Counted from the stretch's first letter, positions 18,881 to 26,961 are shown. The stretch is DNA of 58,553 nucleotides from a virus (IMGVR_UViG_3300025000_000115:1-58553), one strand, 5' to 3'. Program-made: numbers and translations. The notes: generated by a model from the letters alone, not told the origin.

Positions 18881-18972
18881 GGGGGCGATCAGTCTTAATG
18901 AGAGAATTTTAATTAGAATAGGCTGTTCACAGCGCCCTGGGTGCATATACGGGCGGCAAACAGATTAAATCG

Positions 18973-19060
18973 TTTGGTCGGATTTTTATAAAATGTGTCA
19001 GGACAATTGGTGAGGGGCTTTGGTCGGATTTTTATAAAATACTGCTGGACAATTGGCGAG
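18973..19060. repeat. Two copies of a 42-bp unit, period 46
   Basis: TTTGGTCGGATTTTTATAAAAT-N6-GGACAATTGG(T/C)GAG at 18973 and 19019. Confidence 0.85.
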
Positions 19061-19062
19061 TC

Positions 19063-19089
19063 GGAGTGCTGTCTATCGGGCAGCACTCC
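19063..19089. terminator. Hairpin after the cassette-containing operon
   Basis: GGAGTGCTG/CAGCACTCC 9-bp stem; no clear U-tract. Confidence 0.45.
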
Positions 19090-19133
19090 TTAGTCCCGTC
19101 AAATGTTTTACATCAGAGCATAGGCATCACCTC

Positions 19134-19448
19134 CTAATCATAGACATATAACGGAGTACGTTTACATGATTTCCTGATTTTCTCCATTGCTGTGCTGAAT
19201 CCGCATTCCTGCCAAAATTGTCCGTCTACGTCGATTTTAAATCGGCCACGCCTGCTTCCTGGATGGAAGAGCAATACATGAGTTTGACCGGAAATCAGAT
19301 TGTCAACTGTGATTCTAATGCAGTCATTCGGGAGTTCAGGTGGATATGTTCGTGGGTTTTCGTCGTGATATTGTTGCCAACGCGCTTCTGCACCACGCCT
19401 GCCACGTTCTGAATTTTTCACCCTGCGTTGTTCACGAGTTAGTATCAT
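19134..19448 (-). CDS. Hypothetical protein (GRRGAEARW motif)
   Basis: ORF track; basic N-terminus. Confidence 0.55.
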   Translation of the reverse strand: MILTREQRRVKNSERGRRGAEARWQQYHDENPRTYPPELPNDCIRITVDNLISGQTHVLLFHPGSRRGRFKIDVDGQFWQECGFSTAMEKIRKSCKRTPLYVYD

Positions 19449-19498
19449 TTTACTATCCGCGCTTCCTTACATAATTAGGTTAATAGCTGGTTATGCGA

Positions 19499-19882
19499 CT
19501 ATACTCGTTTGCCGCCGCGCTTAAATTCCCTGTGCCGGTTCTTCTCGACTTTCGCCAGAATTGCAGCTTTGAGGTCGATCCCCATGCCATGAGAAAGACC
19601 GATCAACCGAATGCCCACGTCTGCAAGTTCTTCATCAAAATTGACACGATCTCCCTTGCGGAACGCTTCCAGTGCTTCGGCTACCTCGGAAACTATCAGC
19701 ATCAGAACAGCAGGGATTTCGTGCTTATCCTCCCAATCCTCAGACGTGGTTACTTTCCAGCCATGCAGGAGCTTGTTGGAATGTATTTCAGCACCAACAT
19801 CGCTTAACCAGTCGCCGCACACAGTCGGGCGGTCACTGGCTCTGATCGAATCTTCTATACCTTCATCCCATGTTGTACTCAT
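19499..19882 (-). CDS. MazG-like all-alpha NTP pyrophosphohydrolase
   Basis: LMLIVSEVAEALEAFRK...EELADVGIR...KVEKNRHR. Confidence 0.85.
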   Translation of the reverse strand: MSTTWDEGIEDSIRASDRPTVCGDWLSDVGAEIHSNKLLHGWKVTTSEDWEDKHEIPAVLMLIVSEVAEALEAFRKGDRVNFDEELADVGIRLIGLSHGMGIDLKAAILAKVEKNRHREFKRGGKRV

Positions 19883-19918
19883 TTCCTTATCCTTTCCGCC
19901 CGCTGGTGGGCTTGATCG

Positions 19919-20419
19919 TTATATTTTCAGAAACGCCACCCAATGAGTTTGGGCTTTTTTACCGCTACGGTGGCCGTATAGCGGCTGATGTGGTGTAAGC
20001 GCCAGAATGTCCCGCAGAGGTATTTCAGCATCACACCATTTAAAAATGAGCGTCCCCATCGGTTTCAGCACTCTGAAGCATTCAGCGAAACCGCCTGAAA
20101 TCATTGCTTGCCATCCGTCACCAAGTTTTCCATATTTCTTTTCCAGAATACCGGTACCAGTGCCGCCCAATCGCTTTCCGGTGTGGTGTGGCGGATCAAA
20201 AACAACGTGGAAAAACGAATCATCGTCAAAGGGTAGCGCCGTAAAATCAGCCTCAATGTCCGGCTTCACAGTTAGAATAGCGCCGTTTTTGTATGCCCTT
20301 CCCGGCTCCACGATAATATCCTCAGTTCTGCAATCTACGAACATGGCTCTTGCGTCCTTTTTATCCATCCACATCATTTTGCAGCTGCAACATGCGTCTA
20401 AAACAGGTGGTAATTGCAA
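19919..20419 (-). CDS. Cassette 1: phage-type class I SAM methyltransferase
   Basis: VLDACCSCKMMW, DFTALPFDDDSFFHVVFDPPH, ECFRVLKP.GTLIFKW. Confidence 0.85.
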   Translation of the reverse strand: MQLPPVLDACCSCKMMWMDKKDARAMFVDCRTEDIIVEPGRAYKNGAILTVKPDIEADFTALPFDDDSFFHVVFDPPHHTGKRLGGTGTGILEKKYGKLGDGWQAMISGGFAECFRVLKPMGTLIFKWCDAEIPLRDILALTPHQPLYGHRSGKKAQTHWVAFLKI

Positions 20420-20435
20420 TTTCGTCTCCTTGAAA

Positions 20436-20493
20436 ATATAACAAAACGCTCGAAGCCGACCGCTTCGCGGCGGTTCATCTCAAGCCGTTATAG
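20436..20493 (+). other. attC-like site 1
   Basis: ATATAAC AAAAC GCTCGAAGCCGACCGC TTC GCGGCGGTTCATC TCAAGCC GTTATAG; from memory, resembles aadA-type attC. Confidence 0.88.
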
Positions 20494-20736
20494 CGAACGC
20501 GATGGCTCGCATTTATCGCTGAATGAATCGGCAAGTTTTTCCAACGTGTCCAAGTCGCTGAACATGATTTTGCGGGATTTCTGATCGTCACCTGACCGAC
20601 AATGATCAACGATTATGCCGTAGAATTTGCCGCTATCTACACCCTGATAGGCATGAACTCGTATCATTGGAGTACAGATATTGCCTAATGTGCCGATTTC
20701 AACCACCTTCAAATCTTCAATTTTCTGAATCATCAT
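20488..20736 (-). CDS. Cassette 2: hypothetical protein (MMIQKIEDL...)
   Basis: GGGGG RBS; stop TAA lies in the GTTA core. Confidence 0.65.
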   Translation of the reverse strand: MMIQKIEDLKVVEIGTLGNICTPMIRVHAYQGVDSGKFYGIIVDHCRSGDDQKSRKIMFSDLDTLEKLADSFSDKCEPSRSL

Positions 20737-20752
20737 TGTCCCCCTGAAATCG

Positions 20753-20815
20753 CTATAACCAGTGCTCGGACGCCGCCCGATAAGGCACGGCGGGTCAAGC
20801 ACATGGTCGTTATAA
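20753..20815 (+). other. attC-like site 2
   Basis: CTATAAC..GTGCTCGGACGCCGCC..GGCGGGTCAAGCAC..GTTATAA. Confidence 0.82.
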
Positions 20816-20830
20816 TTCTTGCCGTAATTG

Positions 20831-21277
20831 TTACACCGAAGTGTCTAACGCTTCCACATCCCAAATTATTTCATGGGTGTCCTCTGGAAATCTCTCCCTC
20901 ACAATTCGCTGGGCAAACTCCAGAGCAAACTTAGGATCAGTAAACCCCAACTTCAGAGCGTCGTAATCTGCTGTCTCTGCGATCTCCTCGTATGGGATCG
21001 TATCATCCCAGTTCAAGCGGAAACCCTTATGCTCTTTTGGGTGATCCCATAGCACAACCTCTCTGAATCCATCCTCCTCTTGAATGAGTAGAGGAATGTC
21101 TTCAGCGGTGAATGAAACATAGTAATGGGTAGCGTTTTCATCTTCGTTTACCCATGTCGTTGCTTTAATAACCACCTTACGTTTGTATGCAGGAAACATT
21201 GCAGAGCGAAGTAAATGCGCCCAGTTGGGATAATTTTTTAAGTTGCCACCGAAAGATGAACCACACGATTTATACAT
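20831..21277 (-). CDS. Cassette 3: hypothetical protein (MYKSCGSSF...)
   Basis: AAGGAGGT RBS. Confidence 0.65.
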   Translation of the reverse strand: MYKSCGSSFGGNLKNYPNWAHLLRSAMFPAYKRKVVIKATTWVNEDENATHYYVSFTAEDIPLLIQEEDGFREVVLWDHPKEHKGFRLNWDDTIPYEEIAETADYDALKLGFTDPKFALEFAQRIVRERFPEDTHEIIWDVEALDTSV

Positions 21278-21314
21278 AATACCTCCTTGTCCTTTGTTCT
21301 GTTGCACCACCGAA

Positions 21315-21375
21315 TTATAACAATTGGCAGGGCGACGACGCGCTTCGCTTGCGTGTCAGCCGAAGCCCGTTATAG
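21315..21375 (+). other. attC-like site 3
   Basis: TTATAAC..GGCAGGGCGACG..CGTGTCAGCC..GTTATAG. Confidence 0.78.
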
Positions 21376-21624
21376 TGCTCTCTGATTCCATGCAGCGATT
21401 GCATTGTTCGCTATTGCAAAAGTCCCTTGCAATTTAGGCTGTACCGGACAGACTCCAAATGTCTCGCAGTTGACACTATGGACGCCAAAATGTTTTCTCA
21501 ACGTCGGTACTAATCCGCACCAGGGACAGGGGAGCAATTCAGCCAAAACAGGAGTGTCTGTTTTTGTGTCTGGACATTCTTCAGAGTGGTCAATATTGCA
21601 GTCGCAACAACTGATTTTCGCCAT
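21370..21624 (-). CDS. Cassette 4: Lar-like (restriction alleviation) zinc-finger protein
   Basis: LLPCPWCG...C....C...AIAAWNQRA signature; AAGGAGG RBS. Confidence 0.7.
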   Translation of the reverse strand: MAKISCCDCNIDHSEECPDTKTDTPVLAELLPCPWCGLVPTLRKHFGVHSVNCETFGVCPVQPKLQGTFAIANNAIAAWNQRAL

Positions 21625-21654
21625 TGAGTTTCCCTCCTTCGTGGCAACCCCGCA

Positions 21655-21716
21655 AGATAACCAGCGGCAGGTGCTTATTTCGCTGCGCTCAAAAGCACAG
21701 CCTTATGACGTTAAAT
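21655..21716 (+). other. attC-like site 4
   Basis: AGATAAC..GGCAGGTGCTTATTT..AAAAGCACAGCC..GTTAAAT. Confidence 0.8.
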
Positions 21717-21875
21717 TGACACTGGATTTCTGACCTCGTTAATACGGTCAAACGCCCACTTGTTTTCCGGCATGTCATGTAATCGAACAAACCCAACTCC
21801 AAAATCACACTGAACAAATTTTCCATCAGTGGATTCTTGTATCAACATTGCAAATTCTTTTTCTGAGATGTTCAT
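21711..21875 (-). CDS. Cassette 5: 54-aa hypothetical protein MNISEKEFAMLIQESTDGKFVQCDFG...
   Basis: Hand translation (not in ORF track); AAGGGG RBS; stop in GTTA core. Confidence 0.6.
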   Translation of the reverse strand: MNISEKEFAMLIQESTDGKFVQCDFGVGFVRLHDMPENKWAFDRINEVRNPVSI

Positions 21876-21891
21876 GATTACCCCTTTCACA

Positions 21892-21954
21892 ATTTAACCA
21901 GATAAATGCACTCTGGCTGCGATTCGCTTGCAGGTGATTTACAAGCCGTTATGT
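21892..21954 (+). other. attC-like site 5
   Basis: ATTTAAC..TAAATGCACTCTG..CAGGTGATTTA..GTTATGT. Confidence 0.8.
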
Positions 21955-22119
21955 TCTGCCTCCCCTGACCGCCAACACGACGGCGTGCCAAGCGTTCTGT
22001 TCTACAGGCGAACAGTGCTTCCACATATCCACCAGTTTTATTCCGTTTCGTGCATGATAATAAGCATTGCACGCCCGCTGTGCATCTTCTATCTGTTGTT
22101 CCAGGTTATCTTGCGGCAT
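21949..22119 (-). CDS. Small hypothetical protein whose TAA stop lies in the last GTT core
   Basis: GGAGG RBS before MPQDNLEQQ. Confidence 0.55.
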   Translation of the reverse strand: MPQDNLEQQIEDAQRACNAYYHARNGIKLVDMWKHCSPVEQNAWHAVVLAVRGGRT

Positions 22120-22300
22120 ACAGAACCACCTCCCTGATGTAGTCGCTGACGGTGCGCCCGTCGCGTTCAGCAGCAAGTGTGATCCTGGCAATCTCATCGT
22201 CATTATACCGCTGCATCAGCCGCCGGTATCTGGTGTCAGGTTTGGTGCTACCGACGTGACGACCTGCTCCTGGTCGAACACCGCCTCGTGGATTATTCAC
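22106..22300 (-). CDS. Small DNA-binding protein (RGG.R.GAGR plus RHH-like)
   Basis: RGGVRPGAGR...AAERDGRTVSDYIREVV. Confidence 0.7.
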   Translation of the reverse strand: MNNPRGGVRPGAGRHVGSTKPDTRYRRLMQRYNDDEIARITLAAERDGRTVSDYIREVVLYAAR

Positions 22301-22514
22301 CTGCCACCTCCCCGACGATTGGTTTCAACTGCACGTACTGCCGCGAAACCGATCAGAAGCATGACCAGTGTACTGCGGGCTTCGACTCTCATACCAACCA
22401 CCACCACAGTGCAGTTAACACTACAACCCACAACGTGACCACTATCCAAACTATTACACCACCGGTCGTTCTCTGGTCTTCTGTCTGACACATATAATTA
22501 ACCCTCCTGATACA

Positions 22515-22545
22515 CAGCATACAGTAATATGATTATTTGTCAACA
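22515..22545 (-). promoter_or_regulatory. Duplicated sigma70-like promoter, copy B (upstream of the cassette operon)
   Basis: TTGACA-16 nt-TATGCT; near-identical to 18701-18731. Confidence 0.75.
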
Positions 22546-23063
22546 GGTTTTATCACCAGATGTCCTTTTTCTTTCATTCGTTCTAATACTGACACGTTGT
22601 CTACTCCCCAAGCAATCAGCATTGACCCGCAACCTGCACCACTGCCGTCTGTAACCCCTAACCCGTCAACAAATTTGATCCTACCTGACAAAAACAAAAT
22701 TGCATCGGCTTTTGCCACATAGTCGTGATACCACTTGCAATCAGTTCGAGCGAAAAGCAATGATATACCGTTACGGTGTTGGTGCATTTTAGCTAACCAA
22801 TGGGTAGTAAATTTACCGTAAGGAGGGTTTAACCACACTCTACCACTCCACTGCTGTAATAACCCATCGTCCTGCTCTGTGTAATATTTCCAGACAGGTA
22901 TCCAAGGTATTCCGCCCACAGGTTGACAGGGATCGAGGTCAAAGATTACACCCATCTCTTCAAATATCGACGGGGGGGTGTACCAATCGACCGACTTATT
23001 TGCAGCACTATCATGTGTAAATCCCGTTGACCGCGTGCTCACCGTGCCACCCCACCGCCCCAC
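22533..23063 (-). CDS. Phage DNA N6-adenine methyltransferase (Dam-like)
   Basis: DWYTP, FDLDPC, VWLNPPYG, ARTD, GRIKF. Confidence 0.88.
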   Translation of the reverse strand: MGRWGGTVSTRSTGFTHDSAANKSVDWYTPPSIFEEMGVIFDLDPCQPVGGIPWIPVWKYYTEQDDGLLQQWSGRVWLNPPYGKFTTHWLAKMHQHRNGISLLFARTDCKWYHDYVAKADAILFLSGRIKFVDGLGVTDGSGAGCGSMLIAWGVDNVSVLERMKEKGHLVIKPVDK

Positions 23064-25360
23064 ACCTGACCGGCGACACTCGCACCGGCCTGTGCGTCCA
23101 GATATCTGCCGACTACATCTATAGGTCTGGTGAGCTGTCTGAGCAAGCTGTCTGACCGCACGTATAATACCGGCTTGCCACCTTCCGGCAATGCGTTATG
23201 CACCCTGCCGCCTGGTAGTGCCGGATGCTGAACGTACCCTAGACCTTCCAGTATCTCCCGACGTTTATTGCGACTGACGGCACGCTTGCCGCCTGCCAGT
23301 AATTTATCAAGCGCCATGCTGCTAATCCATCCGCCCGCGAATCCTGTCGCTCCCTGCTCGACCTGCTCCATGATTTCCTGCTCAACCACGCCCAGGCTGG
23401 CAACCATTGCTTCAGCGGTACTGGAGGTGCGCGGGGCATCGTGACAGTACGTCGCTGGGTTCAGCGCGTTAGGTATGGTGTAAGTCCGTAGGTAGTTATT
23501 CATTATGGCGAATCCTTCAGCACGCAGCCACTCGTACAACTTAGGAAAATAACCTGCCGTTCGCATACCGTCGCGGTCCAGGTCGCCCGCTTCCTGCTGG
23601 CCGGTGTAGAATATAGCATAACGCCTGTCGGTGCCGGTCTTGCGTATAGCGTCCTTGTGGTTGCTGCACAGGATGAAGTTCGCCCTATTGTCGCCGGTCT
23701 GCTGGTTCTGCCCTTTGCCCTGAATCTCTATGCGGTCGTTGGTAATCATCGGCTTCAATGTCTCGATCAGGTCAGCACGGTCAGACGTGTAGACTTCTTC
23801 GATACCGATCAGCAGTTTGCCTTGTAACCACGAATTGAATTTATTACTGAGGTCTTGCGCGTTGGGGAGGTGAGTGTACCGTGAGCCGATAGCGTGTGAG
23901 AGTGCTCGAATTATCATCGACTTGCCGTTACCCTCCATGCCGATCAGCAACGGACACCATTGGAATTTAATGCCAGGATGCTGCACGATTGCCGCCATGT
24001 ATGACAGCATTATTTCGTAGTCTGTCGGGTCAGGCAGCATCAGGTGTAAATGGTTCAGAAATCTCGTCGGGTCGCCCACTTTTATCTCGGTGATGAGCGG
24101 CATGTAGGTGTTGACCAGCATCCTGCCTTCTTCGTAGATCAACGCGCCAGGAGGACATTCAGGCCTGAAGCAACAATCATGCGCCTTTGGGAACGTGAAG
24201 CTCCGCGACCGGGCGAACGCCTCCCAAGCAGATTTAGTGCCCTTGCTGTTACCCTCTTCGATCATGAACTCGTAGCCACCCAGCCAGTTGTCGAACTGTC
24301 CCTGCTCGACTAAATCACCGTCAGGCATGAAAACCTTATGACAGGAGCGCACGTAGACACACCCTTTGAAATACTCCTGCTGACCCTGTATGGTGAGTAT
24401 CTGACCACCGCCCCGGTACTGACCTGTCGGTTCGTCAGGTCCTGGGACGGTGCGCGGTGGATCGGCATTCGGCGTGTCGCCGTAGACAGCCGTGCTGGAG
24501 CGTCCGAATTTGGATATGGTGAGCTGACCGTAAGTCTTACCCTGACCCGCTGAGCGGTCCCATTTGTCGCGCATGAGACCGCTCATACGGAACAGACGGT
24601 CGATGCGGTCACAGTCTCTGCCGGTCCAGAAGCTGAGGTGTGATACCAGAGCGGCGTCTGCTTCGGATTGACCGTCAGCGTCACAGATACCCGCCCACAG
24701 GTCTGATAGTGGAATGGAGTTGCTGAACGGATTGCTGCGGCTGGCAAGCATTCTGTCGATCAGTTCTTGGTCGTCGGTGGGACCACGCCATGCTGGATCA
24801 GGACCGGTGGACCACTCTGACGGAGTGACTGACGCACCGGGTGGGAAGTATGACTGGATGAGCCACTGGAACTGCTGGTCGCATAGGTGAGTCATGGAGC
24901 CGGTTGCCCCGGTGCCGGTCAGGGCTATAAAACGCAATTTTGTGTACGTCTCAATTCCCGCATCATGTACGTCACGGGTGCGGTGTTCCGGTAGTTGACT
25001 GACACTGCCGATGATATGCAGACCCTCGCCGCTGTAACTGACCTCCTGATAAGCACCGGCGAAATATTGACAGAGCTGCGTGGCAAGTGGCGACCAGCTA
25101 CCGTCTTCCAGCTTGCAGCGGTCGAGGTCTATAGCAAACAGCGGGTCGCGTTCGGTCAGGACTATGCCGACACCATGACCGACACCGGTAGCGACTGACA
25201 CCTGTGCGTCGGTATATGACAGCCAGATAGACGGGTCGTGGGCGTCGTGTGCCTTGCCGGTCAGTGGATGAACGGTTATTTTATCAGTTTTACCGGGTCT
25301 GGCGGCTGATGGACGGGTAATGTAAACAACATATTGGTTGCCAGGGTATAACCCGCTCAT
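23039..25360 (-). CDS. NrS-1-type primase-polymerase fused to SF3-like helicase
   Basis: AIDLD, EVSYSGEGLH, SEADAAL..LSFWTG..DRLFRMSGLMRDKW, Walker A GMEGNGKS. Confidence 0.88.
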   Translation of the reverse strand: MSGLYPGNQYVVYITRPSAARPGKTDKITVHPLTGKAHDAHDPSIWLSYTDAQVSVATGVGHGVGIVLTERDPLFAIDLDRCKLEDGSWSPLATQLCQYFAGAYQEVSYSGEGLHIIGSVSQLPEHRTRDVHDAGIETYTKLRFIALTGTGATGSMTHLCDQQFQWLIQSYFPPGASVTPSEWSTGPDPAWRGPTDDQELIDRMLASRSNPFSNSIPLSDLWAGICDADGQSEADAALVSHLSFWTGRDCDRIDRLFRMSGLMRDKWDRSAGQGKTYGQLTISKFGRSSTAVYGDTPNADPPRTVPGPDEPTGQYRGGGQILTIQGQQEYFKGCVYVRSCHKVFMPDGDLVEQGQFDNWLGGYEFMIEEGNSKGTKSAWEAFARSRSFTFPKAHDCCFRPECPPGALIYEEGRMLVNTYMPLITEIKVGDPTRFLNHLHLMLPDPTDYEIMLSYMAAIVQHPGIKFQWCPLLIGMEGNGKSMIIRALSHAIGSRYTHLPNAQDLSNKFNSWLQGKLLIGIEEVYTSDRADLIETLKPMITNDRIEIQGKGQNQQTGDNRANFILCSNHKDAIRKTGTDRRYAIFYTGQQEAGDLDRDGMRTAGYFPKLYEWLRAEGFAIMNNYLRTYTIPNALNPATYCHDAPRTSSTAEAMVASLGVVEQEIMEQVEQGATGFAGGWISSMALDKLLAGGKRAVSRNKRREILEGLGYVQHPALPGGRVHNALPEGGKPVLYVRSDSLLRQLTRPIDVVGRYLDAQAGASVAGQVWGGGVAR

Positions 25361-25725
25361 ACCTCACCGCCAGCCAGCGTGAGTGCCGCTTCCTGTTTGA
25401 GTGCCTGTGGTGCTGTCATAGCCACAGGATGCCGGTGTGCCAGACCTTCACCCACCACGCTGAGAACACGACGCCTCACCGCTTCATGCATCACGGCTGT
25501 TCTGAGGTCACTTGCCGTCTGATAGTAATGACTCACGAGCGCCTGACTGACACCGGAAGCTATTGCCACACGCACCAAGCTTATGGCGGTGTAGCCGTGT
25601 GTCTCGGCAAGTATAACAGCAGCAGCCAGGATAGCAGCCTTACGGTCGGCGGGGTGTTGACGGTGACGATAGAGGGTGGGGGTGGTCATGTCAGGCTCCA
25701 TTGGTCGGCAAATGCTTCCGACCAT
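25357..25725 (-). CDS. TetR-like HTH protein
   Basis: RKAAILAAAVILAETHGY..VAIASGVSQALVSHYY. Confidence 0.75.
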   Translation of the reverse strand: MVGSICRPMEPDMTTPTLYRHRQHPADRKAAILAAAVILAETHGYTAISLVRVAIASGVSQALVSHYYQTASDLRTAVMHEAVRRRVLSVVGEGLAHRHPVAMTAPQALKQEAALTLAGGEV

Positions 25726-26333
25726 CCATTATATGTTCGACTGCGTTCTTTCCATCTGTTGGGTCTGGGTGTAAGTTTGTTCTGCCCGCTGTCGGTCTGG
25801 TTGCCCCACCGCTTTTTGCCATCAGCCGTGATGCGAGGGGCGACCAGACATGTCGGCTGTAATGGTGGTAAGTTCTTTATCCACAGGCAGGTTTTCTTGC
25901 TGGCGTCATCTCCATACTCATTCGGCTGAATATATTGTGTCGGTGGCATGAAAACTGATGATAGTACACCAACTGGGTTTTCAATTGCTATGTGTTCAAT
26001 CGGTGCGTTCCATAGACATTGTACAAACTCAATTGCTCTCTCTCTTGCTTCTCTACGGGCAGTTCCTACGAGTGTTTCCGGTAAGACTTTCTGGTGGTAA
26101 GGCCCATCACCGTACGCCCATTCTGAACTGTTGGTAAGATAAGTACAATCAGGGTGAAAAATACCCAAGTCCCATCCGTAAAATGGTGTCAGTAGCAGTC
26201 GCACGTCACACTGTAAGTGGTATGGACTATTATCTTCGGCAGGCAACAGGTCACACGACCAAGCATTATGACCACGGCGGCGGAACGATTCACGCGTGCG
26301 ACCTGACGACTCACAGCCGATCAGTACGTTCAC
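25686..26333 (-). CDS. Short phage DNA cytosine-methyltransferase-like protein
   Basis: VLIGCESSG, AWSCDLLP, FHPDCTYL, IAIENPV, KKTCLW, ERSRTY; GTG start at 26333. Confidence 0.75.
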   Translation of the reverse strand: MNVLIGCESSGRTRESFRRRGHNAWSCDLLPAEDNSPYHLQCDVRLLLTPFYGWDLGIFHPDCTYLTNSSEWAYGDGPYHQKVLPETLVGTARREARERAIEFVQCLWNAPIEHIAIENPVGVLSSVFMPPTQYIQPNEYGDDASKKTCLWIKNLPPLQPTCLVAPRITADGKKRWGNQTDSGQNKLTPRPNRWKERSRTYNGWSEAFADQWSLT

Positions 26334-26797
26334 AGTTCCTCCGGTGATGTGATGAACGCTGCACGTCCACCCATCTGATTGATGAAAGTTATAAAGGCTA
26401 GTTGCGCCCGCTCTCGGTCGGTGGCTGTGTAATGCCAACCAGTGGGCTTACACTCATACCCCGTGAAAACACCATACAGACGACCGCAAGGACAGGTGAC
26501 GGGTGTAACTCCTACCAGGTCAGGTGACTTGACTTTATTATTGATTGCTGGCGTGTCGTTGCAAAGTCCGTAGCGCACTGGCCTCCCGTTTTCTGCGGTT
26601 GCTACGCCTGAGTTGTTGCGGAAAAGCCGTCCGTAAGTCCGTTTGGCGTGCTCTATCCTCACAGCGTTCTGCACCGCAGCCTCACTGCTGGGTGCTGCCG
26701 TGCTACTGTCTGGCGTCATGGCGGCTCCGAGACAGGTAAGCAGGTCGGTCAGTGCGGCTGGTGGGATGGACCAACGGATTGCCCATGCGTGGATCAT
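26330..26797 (-). CDS. VRR-NUC-like PD-(D/E)xK nuclease
   Basis: SEAAVQ, LFRNNSG, PDLVG, YECK, AQLAFI..GGRAAF. Confidence 0.8.
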   Translation of the reverse strand: MIHAWAIRWSIPPAALTDLLTCLGAAMTPDSSTAAPSSEAAVQNAVRIEHAKRTYGRLFRNNSGVATAENGRPVRYGLCNDTPAINNKVKSPDLVGVTPVTCPCGRLYGVFTGYECKPTGWHYTATDRERAQLAFITFINQMGGRAAFITSPEEL

Positions 26798-26961
26798 GGG
26801 TGTTCTTCCCATATACTGCCGTCAATAATTGACTGTTTGAGTTTTGCAACATCGTCAGTGGGATGTTTTTTCCGTCTATCTATTAGATAAACGATAAAAT
26901 ATTCGGATTGAATGATAAACCATAAAATACCACACAATAAAATACCGTCGCCTGTACTCAT
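26794..26961 (-). CDS. 55-aa membrane-anchored hypothetical protein
   Basis: Hand translation MSTGDGILLCGILWFII...; ATGA coupling at both ends. Confidence 0.5.
   Translation of the reverse strand: MSTGDGILLCGILWFIIQSEYFIVYLIDRRKKHPTDDVAKLKQSIIDGSIWEEHP

Larger units (their letters stand above)
19918..21954 (+). mobile_element. Integron-like gene cassette array (CALIN-type: five attC-like sites, no integrase)
   Basis: Five 58-63 bp TAAC...GTTA imperfect hairpins; each cassette's GTT box is reverse-complementary to its own AAC box. Confidence 0.85.

Noticed and set aside
18715-18968. ORFs translating the 7-mer array (APGSWLL / ARSQEPG)
   Set aside because: Open only because the repeat lacks stops; no convincing start signals
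20436-21954. The five hairpins as ordinary terminators or REP elements
   Set aside because: No consistent U-tracts, sequences are mutually divergent, and the cross-cassette GTT/AAC complementarity is not explained by terminators
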